Assembly (NCBI GenBank): GCA_902635045.1
Contig: CACPMT010000004.1
Coordinates: 34,318 to 98,317 of the forward strand
Direction of reading: 5' to 3'
DNA length: 64,000 bases
Origin: an uncultured SAR86 cluster bacterium
GTDB lineage: Bacteria > Pseudomonadota > Gammaproteobacteria > Magnimaribacterales > AG-339-G14
In this document: in pieces, positions 9,332 to 17,101 of the stretch
How the letters are laid out: the number at the start of each line of letters is the position of its first letter
How positions within the stretch are numbered: position 1 is the first letter of the stretch
Translations under genes and position numbers: made by a program
The notes under the pieces: model-generated
The model's database searches: none
Seen by the model: only the letters and a program-made list of their open reading frames with translations
Told to the model about the DNA's origin: nothing

Positions 9332-10220
9332 CTGCCATAACTTTTAATACCTTGTATTGCTGATAACTTAAGTTATTAAAAGGGACTTTATTTATTGTTA
9401 AAGAGTAATCGTTAATATTCTCTGTCCAAACTTTTGGCTTTGGTAATTTTTTACCAGGATAATCAAAACTTCCTAAGATGTAACGTAATGCGTGAAGCAC
9501 CGCTATTTTTTTATCGTTTGCATTTAAAACTATCCAAGGTGCTTCGGAATAGGAAGTATTTTTAAACATTTGCTCTTTATACAGAGTAAAAATATCCCAT
9601 TTGTCTAAACCTTTTAAATCATTTTCACTAATTTTCCAATATACCAAAGGACTATTCTTGCGCTTTTCTATTCTCATTTTTTGAGTTCCTTTTTCTATGG
9701 ACAAATAAAACTTAAGTATTTCTGTACCATTTTCTCTGAGTTTTTGCTCCCAGGGCACAACTTTTTTCATAAATGATTTGTATTGTCCCTTTGTACAATA
9801 GCCCATGGTTGATTCAACCAAAGCTCTGGTATACCAAGATCGATCAAAAAAAACTAGTTCACCTATATCTGGTAAATGTTTTTCATATCTTTGAAACCAA
9901 TTTTTTGATTCTCTTGCAGTAGGTATCCCTAATTTAACTAGGCGACAGTGTTTTGGTATTAAATATTTAGATAAAACAGAAATACTCCCAGTCTTGCCAG
10001 CTGTGTCCCTTCCTTCAAACACAACAGCAATCTTTTTTTTCTCTTTTATGATCCAATTCTGGAGTTTGACAAGCTCAATTAAAAGTTTTCTCTTCTCTTT
10101 TTCATAAAGCTTAGAATCAATTCTTCTGTAGTTTGGTATATCAAATTCAATCATACTTTTTTGGCGAAAATCTATTCTAGCTAAGTTTTTATGGAAGATT
10201 AAATTATTTATTGTAAACAA
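9321..10220 (-). CDS. ppk2: Polyphosphate kinase 2 (single-domain PPK2)
   Basis: 299 aa. FEGRDTAGKTGSI (Walker A of PPK2), LIELVKLQNWI and FFDRSWY are PPK2 blocks. An alternative start is Met23 (10154). It overlaps the downstream Ppx-like gene by 11 nt. Confidence 0.88.
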   Translation of the reverse strand: MFTINNLIFHKNLARIDFRQKSMIEFDIPNYRRIDSKLYEKEKRKLLIELVKLQNWIIKEKKKIAVVFEGRDTAGKTGSISVLSKYLIPKHCRLVKLGIPTARESKNWFQRYEKHLPDIGELVFFDRSWYTRALVESTMGYCTKGQYKSFMKKVVPWEQKLRENGTEILKFYLSIEKGTQKMRIEKRKNSPLVYWKISENDLKGLDKWDIFTLYKEQMFKNTSYSEAPWIVLNANDKKIAVLHALRYILGSFDYPGKKLPKPKVWTENINDYSLTINKVPFNNLSYQQYKVLKVMADAE

Positions 10221-10485
10221 TTTTATTTTCTCTTCTCACAAATTAATAAGCTATTCTTAATTTTTATGGCCAAATAAATATGGCTGCTAATGACCGTAAT
10301 GGCAATGGTGATTATTTTATCAATGCACCTAGATAAGGAGTAAAAGGAATTTTGGGTTTTAACGGATTGACTGAAATTTACTAAGTTCAATAAGAATTAA
10401 ATTCTACCGATGGTTCTGCATGAGATGAAGTTAAAAATTCCAACGGTGTTGTAACGGACTAAGTTTGAAAAGATCTTATATATAT

Positions 10486-10511
10486 AAAAGGGCTAAAACT
10501 TTGCCCTTTTA
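10486..10511 (-). terminator. Intrinsic terminator-like hairpin after the 141-aa gene
   Basis: The stem is AAAGGGC (10487-10493) paired with GCCCTTT (10503-10509), with a 9-nt loop. On the minus strand it is followed by TTTTATATATA. It lies 18 nt past the stop of CDS 10529..10954. Confidence 0.6.
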
Positions 10512-10528
10512 TAACTTGATCATATCTA

Positions 10529-10954
10529 TTAATTAAATGCCAAGAATTTATTTCGTTTAATATCGTTACAATGATTAGAAAAAAGATCTGCGAGATCATT
10601 TTGCTTTTCCTCTATTAGATAGTTTACTTGCAAATCACAAGTCAAAGAACTGTCTATTAATCCAATATTTGAATGTTGAAGATAATCGCTATATAGACCA
10701 AAAATCACAACATCATGATACGTTTTCGATAAATCATTTTCTACAAATATTCTACCCATGTCAGCAGATATATAGCAGCCTACTGATTGTTTTGGACAAA
10801 AGTCTTTAACTAGATTTAAATCATATTCAATCTCTATATATTTTGAGTCTAAATTTAAATGGTTTTTAGCACTTTCGAAAATTACTTTATTAGCCATGAC
10901 AGTTGTACTAGCTAAAATGATTGATAAAAAAATAATACTTTTAAAGTATTTCAT
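10529..10954 (-). CDS. Hypothetical secreted protein, 141 aa, 4 Cys
   Basis: The signal peptide is MKYFKSIIFLSIILASTTVMA|NK. There is no recognisable family. It has its own terminator and is divergent from the lipoprotein operon. Confidence 0.6.
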   Translation of the reverse strand: MKYFKSIIFLSIILASTTVMANKVIFESAKNHLNLDSKYIEIEYDLNLVKDFCPKQSVGCYISADMGRIFVENDLSKTYHDVVIFGLYSDYLQHSNIGLIDSSLTCDLQVNYLIEEKQNDLADLFSNHCNDIKRNKFLAFN

Positions 10955-10975
10955 AACAATTCTCCCTCTTTTAAA

Positions 10976-11035
10976 TGTAACATTAATGAAACATATTTAA
11001 CATAAATGTAACATTTGTGTAACATTTATGTCAAA
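10976..11035. promoter_or_regulatory. Array A of phased TGTAACA-type heptamers (Pho-box-like)
   Basis: The heptamers are TGTAACA at 10976, TGAAACA at 10987, TGTAACA at 11007, TGTAACA at 11018 and TGTCAAA at 11029. They form two blocks, each with exact 11-bp spacing. The array lies in the divergent gap between the 141-aa gene and the lipoprotein gene. Confidence 0.4.
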
Positions 11036-11144
11036 TTAGATCCTTTTAGTAAAAGTTTTTAACCGCAACTAAATGTCTCATATTTCAAAACAAAAATTTT
11101 TTTTAGAATTTTTTTCGTAATAATTTTCATTATCTTTAAAAAGA

Positions 11145-11188
11145 CGTAACGGTTTCGTAATATTTCTGTAACTATCCCTTTGTAAGAT
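11145..11188 (+). promoter_or_regulatory. Array B: three 11-bp-phased GTAAC repeats plus a candidate -10 (TAAGAT) for the lipoprotein/TBDR operon
   Basis: cGTAAC is at 11146, cGTAAT at 11157 and tGTAAC at 11168. TAAGAT at 11183-11188 lies about 10 bp after the last repeat. This is the geometry of PhoB-dependent promoters, where Pho boxes replace the -35. AAGAGG and the ATG (11219) follow. Confidence 0.4.
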
Positions 11189-11218
11189 TTATTTTTTATT
11201 AGTTAAAGAGGAAATCTT

Positions 11219-14167
11219 ATGAACCCAAAATCAATCAAATACCTATTGTCAGTTCTTTCAATCTTCGTTTTAGTCTCTTGTGGTGGTTCCGGTGATACCA
11301 ATGTTGCTTCGCCTGGTGAACTAGCACAACTAACAGCCCCAAGTGGTACTGATAATTTTGGAGCCACTACTAGCACTTTATTAACAGGAACGTGTCCTTC
11401 TTCTCCGTTTATTTCTGATGCTGCAACTCTTGGTGGAAACACATTATGTGCAATTACGGGACCAATTACTTCAAATCTTACTTTGACAACTGATGTAATG
11501 TATCGTTTATCTGGCTTAGTTGATGTTGGAAAAGATATGGGCGGAAACGGTCAAAAAACTGGAGGAGTTTCTGCAACATTAACGATTCCAGCTGGTGTAA
11601 CGCTTGCTCAAAAATCACCTGATGATTATCTTGTTGTTCAAAGAGGTTCAAAAATTATTGCTAATGGAACAAGATCTAAACCTATCAGATTTACTGCAGC
11701 TTCTGCTGTTGATGGATCTTTAACTAATCCGGATAGTGCAACTGGTCTTTGGGGAGGAATAGTAATTTTAGGAAAAGCACCAATTAACAAGTGTGCTGCT
11801 GCTGATTTAAACACTGTTGATTGTGAAAGAGTGGTTGAGGGTTCGACTACTGCTATCATGGGTGGAAATACTCCAACTGATAACTCTGGTGTCTTAAAGT
11901 TTGTAAGAGTTGAATATGCAGGTAAAGAAATATTCCCAGGCAACGAATTAAATGGTATTACCTTTGGTGGTGTTGGTTCTGGTACCGAAGTAGACTACGT
12001 TCAAGTTCATAATAACCAAGATGATTGCGTAGAGTTTTTTGGTGGAACTGTAAATGTCAAACATTTAGTTTGCACGAATGCGGGTGATGATAATCTTGAT
12101 ATCGATTGGGGTTATCAAGGAAAAATGCAATTTGTTGTTGTTAAACAAAATGTTGGTGCTGGTGATCACATTGTCGAATCAGACAACACAAACTCTAATG
12201 CAGCAGTAGGTTACCTAACAGAGCCTAGATCACAACCAATGGTTGCTAATTTTACCTTTATTGGAGGAGGAGCTGATGAACCACTTAAGTATAAAGAAGG
12301 TGTATCTGGAATTTATATCAATGGTATTGTTGTAAACCAAGCATCAGCAAATCTCATAGAGGGTACTTTTGCAGAAACTACGCAAGATGGTGCATTAACA
12401 GATAAAATTGCCCATCATTCCATATTTTTTGATTCAGCTAAGACAGGACAACCTACAGCGTTAAATCCGACAGTAGTAGCGTTTGATAGCTCAGTAACTG
12501 CTGCAGATTTTGCAACATCACTTACATCAAGATCAACTAATTTAACCATTGGAACCAATACTTTGGTGGACACATATTTCTTGGGTAATGCAGAGTCTGC
12601 TGTTCCTAGCGCTTTCTCCATATCACAAAAGAACGCTATGTGTGCAGTTGGAACTCATGCAGCTGGTGCTGTTACAGAACTATGCCCTGCATATGATGAT
12701 GGTAAGTACACAGTTAATACTTGGTTTTCAGCGACTGATTATATTGGTGCATTTTCACCTGGGTCTGATGCAGAAAATAACTGGGCTGCAGGTTGGACAA
12801 TTGGTTTATTTACCGATCCTGCATGTCCAGCTGGAACTCTTGAATCAGAAATTCTTTTAGGTAGAAAAGTTTGTGACTTAAGAGGAGTTATTACAAATGA
12901 TATAACTCTAGTTGCAGGAAACTATTATAAGCTTGATGGTAAAGTTCAAATCGGTGTTGATGTAGGAGCAGATGGCTCTGCTGCAAGCGGTGATGCAGCT
13001 ACACTTACTATCAATCCTGGCGTTACAGTTTTTGGTGAATCAGGTAATGACTATTTAGTTGTCATGAGAGGTTCCGATATTAATGCTGTTGGAACAAGAT
13101 CAGCTCCAATTGTGATGACCGGAAGACAAGATATTCTTGGTCAAGCAGATGTTAACTCAACAAGAGGACTTTGGGGTGGATTAGTCATTCTTGGTCAATC
13201 ACCTATCAATAAGTGTACATACACAAATGGAGTAAAAGCTAACCCTTGTGAAAAAGAGGTTGAGGGATCAGCTGGAGATGTAATGGGTGGTGAAATCCCT
13301 ACTGACAGCAGTGGAGCACTCAAATATTTAAGAGTTCAGTATGCAGGATATGAGGTATTTCCAGGTAATGAGCTAAATGGAATTACTTTTGGTGGTGTTG
13401 GAAGCGGTACCTCGGTTGAATACATCCAAGTGCATAACAATGCTGACGATTGCGTTGAGTTCTTTGGTGGAACTGTCGATGTGAAACGTTTGATATGTAC
13501 TGGAGCAGATGATGATAACTTAGACATTGATTGGGGTTATCAAGGAAGACTTCAATACGTAATAGTTCAACAGGCCAACGATACAGGCGATCATATTGTA
13601 GAATCAGACAACACAAACTCTAATGCAGCAGTAGGCTACCTAACAGAGCCTAGATCAAACCCCATTGTTTCTAATTTCACATTTGTAAGCAGAGGTCATG
13701 ACGATGTATTTAAGTTAAAAGAGGGTGTATCAGGTCAATATTATAACGGAGTTGCTGCAGTCCTTAACGCAGCTTCTGGCTTATCAACAGGTTGCATTGA
13801 AACAACTCTTGCAGAAACTATTCAAGATGGAGCTAGCACTCCTAAGTTCTCAATGAATTCTGTTGCAATGGATTGTCCTAGTTATATATCTACAGACGGT
13901 GCTGCAACCGTTGCACAGGTAAATGCAATTGTAAAAGCAGGAGCAAATAATCTCTATGGAGCTAATTCAGGCGGAGGTAATTATCAGAATACTCTTTCAG
14001 GAGTTGTTAACGGTACTGCAGAGGCCGCAGCTACTCCGACAGCTATTCCTGCAACATACAATGCCGATGGATTTTTTGACACTCCTACATATATAGGTGC
14101 AGTTAGCGGAGCTACTGATAGTTGGTACAAAGTATGGACATTACCTGGATCAATAAAACTTAACTAA
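11219..14167 (+). CDS. Large lipoprotein of unknown function with two tandem ~475-aa modules
   Basis: 982 aa, with SD AAGAGG and a lipobox LVS|CGGSG (Cys21). There are two homologous halves with invariant blocks NELNGITFGGVGSGT, VHNN-DDCVEFFGGTV, DDNLDIDWGYQG and GDHIVESDNTNSNAAVGYLTEPRS. The G/N/D/T-rich periodic sequence suggests a beta-helix fold (inference). Confidence 0.85.
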   Translation: MNPKSIKYLLSVLSIFVLVSCGGSGDTNVASPGELAQLTAPSGTDNFGATTSTLLTGTCPSSPFISDAATLGGNTLCAITGPITSNLTLTTDVMYRLSGLVDVGKDMGGNGQKTGGVSATLTIPAGVTLAQKSPDDYLVVQRGSKIIANGTRSKPIRFTAASAVDGSLTNPDSATGLWGGIVILGKAPINKCAAADLNTVDCERVVEGSTTAIMGGNTPTDNSGVLKFVRVEYAGKEIFPGNELNGITFGGVGSGTEVDYVQVHNNQDDCVEFFGGTVNVKHLVCTNAGDDNLDIDWGYQGKMQFVVVKQNVGAGDHIVESDNTNSNAAVGYLTEPRSQPMVANFTFIGGGADEPLKYKEGVSGIYINGIVVNQASANLIEGTFAETTQDGALTDKIAHHSIFFDSAKTGQPTALNPTVVAFDSSVTAADFATSLTSRSTNLTIGTNTLVDTYFLGNAESAVPSAFSISQKNAMCAVGTHAAGAVTELCPAYDDGKYTVNTWFSATDYIGAFSPGSDAENNWAAGWTIGLFTDPACPAGTLESEILLGRKVCDLRGVITNDITLVAGNYYKLDGKVQIGVDVGADGSAASGDAATLTINPGVTVFGESGNDYLVVMRGSDINAVGTRSAPIVMTGRQDILGQADVNSTRGLWGGLVILGQSPINKCTYTNGVKANPCEKEVEGSAGDVMGGEIPTDSSGALKYLRVQYAGYEVFPGNELNGITFGGVGSGTSVEYIQVHNNADDCVEFFGGTVDVKRLICTGADDDNLDIDWGYQGRLQYVIVQQANDTGDHIVESDNTNSNAAVGYLTEPRSNPIVSNFTFVSRGHDDVFKLKEGVSGQYYNGVAAVLNAASGLSTGCIETTLAETIQDGASTPKFSMNSVAMDCPSYISTDGAATVAQVNAIVKAGANNLYGANSGGGNYQNTLSGVVNGTAEAAATPTAIPATYNADGFFDTPTYIGAVSGATDSWYKVWTLPGSIKLN
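11393..12823 (+). repeat. Intragenic tandem duplication, module copy 1
   Basis: This copy covers residues ~59-535. Cys77 (nt 11447) aligns with Cys552 (nt 12872), an offset of 1425 nt or 475 codons. Confidence 0.8.
12824..14164 (+). repeat. Intragenic tandem duplication, module copy 2
   Basis: This copy covers residues ~536-982. It has the same order of conserved blocks as copy 1. A 57-nt patch (13601-13657) matches 12176-12232 with one mismatch. Confidence 0.8.
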
Positions 14168-14196
14168 TACCTTTTAAAACCTATTTTGGAGTCAAA

Positions 14197-16824
14197 ATGA
14201 AATCTACAAAAAAAATAAATAAAATCATGGGTTTTTTAAAGTTTGCTTTACCCTTCATAATAGTTTTTCCATTATTTATTAATGCTCAGGAAGCTGATGA
14301 AGAATTGGTTGTAAGTGGATCTTTTATACCAGATGCAAAAAGGAATACATCTGAGATTTCTGCAGTATTAGATTCATCAAGTATCGAAAGAGCTGGCGAT
14401 GACAATATTGCTATCGCCCTTACAAGACTTGCGGGTCTCAGTCTAGTGCGAGGCAAATACGTATATGTAAGAGGTTTAGGTGATAGATATTCATCTGCTT
14501 CACTAAACGGCCTTAATCTTCCAAGCCCAGAACCACTCAAAAGAGTTGTACCACTTGATCTTTTTCCAACAAGCATCATTGAATCGTCTGTAGTACAAAA
14601 AACTTATTCAGCTGACATGCCTGGTGAGTTTGGCGGAGGCATGGTTGAGATAAAAACAAAGGCTGTGCCTTTAGATAGAATCTTTGAATTTTCAGCTTCA
14701 ACAAGCTTCAACACCGCTACTTCGTTAAAAGATGATGGGTTAATGTACGATGGCGGAGAGGATAGTTTAGGGTACGATAACGGGATCAGATCAATTCCAA
14801 GCGGTGTTCAGAACGCTATCAATAACAACCTTAAACTTGATAGATCTAACTTTAATTCCACACAATTGGCTAACTTTGGTCGAGAGTTTGAAAATTCAGC
14901 GCTATGGGTCATACAATCAGGAGATGTTCCTCTAGATGAATCTTATAGTTTAACTTATGGAGATAGTCTTGACGGTTTAGGAATTGATCAAATCATTAAT
15001 ATTCCAAGTGCAACAATGGGCTTTATGGTTACAGGAGGTTACAAAAATTCTTGGGATACTCAAGAAGGAATCAGACAAACCGGTGATTTACAAAATGTGG
15101 GTGGAACTGTCAATGTAATAGTTCAAAATGACAAAACTTTTAGAAGCACAACGAATGACATTACAGCATATGCAATGGCTGTTCTTGGGGTTGAAACGGA
15201 TTTATCTGAATTAAAATACACCGGATTATATATTCATAAAGGATCAAAAGAAGCTCGTATCTTGCAAGGGTATGACTCAAGTGATTCGGCTAATGTTCGA
15301 GAAGATTTTACAGAATTTTACGAAAGAGAATTAACAAATCATCAGTTAAATTTTAATAAGACTTTTGAAAATGGCTGGAATTTAAATGTAGGCTTGAGCG
15401 ATGGAGAGGCAGAGAGAGATTCTCCATATGAAAGAGTTGTTTTCTATGAAGATGGAAACAATGACGGAGTTTACTTATACGATGTTAATACAGGTAGGAA
15501 CCAAACCCAGTTTAGTATGGTCGAAGATCAAACTACAAATGTTGTTATAGATTTAGAGATACCCTTAGAGATACCCTTTGGTTCTTCAACATTTTTAAGA
15601 GCTGGAGTTGAAAGTCTTGAAAATGACAGATCAGCTGAAGTTAGAAGTTATAGATTTCTGGCTGCTGGCGGTCCCATACCTCAAGATGGTCTAGATAATA
15701 GAATAGATTATATTTTTGCTGATCAAAATTTTGATCCTAATAGATTGTTGGTAATTGAGAATACGGCAAGTTCATCGCCAGCTGGGTACTTAGGATTATT
15801 GGAAGTTGATTCAACGTATATCAGCGTTGAATCTAAAATTAGAGACAATTTTGAAATTACTGCTGGAATTAGGCATGAAGACGGCCTTCAGCAAGTTAAT
15901 ACATTTGATTTATTTACAGGCGTTGACTCTACTATTGATAGATCAATAGAAGAAGATTATCTGCTACCTTCAATGACATTAACTTATCTTCCTGAATTTG
16001 ATGAAAACCTTCAATTTAGATTGGGTCTTTCTCAGACAATTGCTAGGCCAACCTTCAGAGAGCTTTCTCCAACACTATTTATAGATGTTGATACTGACAG
16101 AGTAATAGCTGGTTCACTATATTTGCAAGATAGTGAGATTGACAATATTGATTTAAGAGCTGAATACTATTTTGGCTTAAATCAATTTTTAACAGCTGGA
16201 ATTTTTTATAAGGATATTCTTAATCCTATCGAAGAAACTGTTAATGAGTCAGGTGATTTAATTATTACTTCTTACCAAAACGTTCCTTCGGCTGAAATCA
16301 CTGGTTTTGAAATTGAATATGAGCAAATATTTGAGGCGATTATGGACTCTAATAACGACTTAATCGTTAAGTTCAATTATACGGATACTGACTCTGAAGT
16401 AATTGTGAATCCTGGAGATACTTATATAAATAATCTTGGTACTTCAGTAAATGCTCAAACTCTTCTAGCAAACGGAAGAGATACCAGATTACAGGGTCAA
16501 TCAGATACAATTGCAAACTTTCAAATTGGTTTAGATAATTTACAAGATCAATCTGAAGCCACCCTAATCTTTAACTATGTTAGTGATAGAGTAAGGGCTA
16601 GAGGTGTTGATGTTTTACCAGATATTATTGAAGAACCTCCATTATTGGTTGATTTTACATATTCAAGAGTTTTAGCTTACCCTAATTACGATTTGAAATT
16701 GTCGCTTGAATTAAGAAATTTACTTGACGAGGAGTACTATGCTTCTATGAGAAATGTTGCAATATATGATCAATATGATCTTGGTCAATCAGCTTCATTA
16801 GGATTTAAATTCTCCTTTAAATAA
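14197..16824 (+). CDS. TonB-dependent outer-membrane receptor
   Basis: 875 aa with a signal peptide. Plug blocks are EELVVSGSF, VRGLGDRYSSASLNG and VVQKTYSADMPGEFGGGMVEIKTK, followed by a long beta-barrel region. SD GGAG lies 29 nt after the lipoprotein stop. The C-terminus is FKFSFK, so the last residue is not aromatic. Confidence 0.9.
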   Translation: MKSTKKINKIMGFLKFALPFIIVFPLFINAQEADEELVVSGSFIPDAKRNTSEISAVLDSSSIERAGDDNIAIALTRLAGLSLVRGKYVYVRGLGDRYSSASLNGLNLPSPEPLKRVVPLDLFPTSIIESSVVQKTYSADMPGEFGGGMVEIKTKAVPLDRIFEFSASTSFNTATSLKDDGLMYDGGEDSLGYDNGIRSIPSGVQNAINNNLKLDRSNFNSTQLANFGREFENSALWVIQSGDVPLDESYSLTYGDSLDGLGIDQIINIPSATMGFMVTGGYKNSWDTQEGIRQTGDLQNVGGTVNVIVQNDKTFRSTTNDITAYAMAVLGVETDLSELKYTGLYIHKGSKEARILQGYDSSDSANVREDFTEFYERELTNHQLNFNKTFENGWNLNVGLSDGEAERDSPYERVVFYEDGNNDGVYLYDVNTGRNQTQFSMVEDQTTNVVIDLEIPLEIPFGSSTFLRAGVESLENDRSAEVRSYRFLAAGGPIPQDGLDNRIDYIFADQNFDPNRLLVIENTASSSPAGYLGLLEVDSTYISVESKIRDNFEITAGIRHEDGLQQVNTFDLFTGVDSTIDRSIEEDYLLPSMTLTYLPEFDENLQFRLGLSQTIARPTFRELSPTLFIDVDTDRVIAGSLYLQDSEIDNIDLRAEYYFGLNQFLTAGIFYKDILNPIEETVNESGDLIITSYQNVPSAEITGFEIEYEQIFEAIMDSNNDLIVKFNYTDTDSEVIVNPGDTYINNLGTSVNAQTLLANGRDTRLQGQSDTIANFQIGLDNLQDQSEATLIFNYVSDRVRARGVDVLPDIIEEPPLLVDFTYSRVLAYPNYDLKLSLELRNLLDEEYYASMRNVAIYDQYDLGQSASLGFKFSFK

Positions 16825-16890
16825 GAGGTTTATTTCTATGAATCGAAGTTAAGTTTTTGTTTTTTCTCTGTTTATAATAAAAACACTTCA

Positions 16891-16918
16891 AAAAGGCCAT
16901 ATTTAAATATGGCCTTTT
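16891..16918 (+). terminator. Intrinsic terminator after the lipoprotein-TBDR operon
   Basis: A perfect palindrome, AAAAGGCCATAT-TTAA-ATATGGCCTTTT, ends in a T-run. It starts 67 nt after the TBDR stop. Confidence 0.75.
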
Positions 16919-17101
16919 CTAATATGAGTATTAAATTAATTTAATTACTGTTAAAGATAAAGAGAGCTACTTAACGAAATGAATTTAAATAAAACACAAG
17001 AAGTAGTTTTCTTAATATTGATGTAAAAATATAAATTAAAAACAGGGAAATTGTATGAGCTTTTATATTAATTTAAAGAAAAAAGTTTGATTTAAGAATT
17101 A

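Noticed and set aside
11116-11134. Fur-box-like 19-mer CGTAATAATTTTCATTATC upstream of the lipoprotein/TBDR operon (14/19 to GATAATGATAATCATTATC by my alignment)
   Set aside because: A 14/19 match to an AT-rich consensus is weak evidence in DNA this AT-rich. I saw no comparable site upstream of the second TBDR. Iron regulation cannot be excluded, and a genome-wide Fur motif scan should be run.
11203-13616. Several 60-100-aa ORFs in other frames or strands within the lipoprotein gene (11203..11442, 11638..11943, 12415..12621, 12549..12860, 13336..13616)
   Set aside because: They are embedded in a 982-aa ORF that has a lipobox, an SD and internally conserved modules. The relatively GC-richer DNA there simply yields longer spurious frames.
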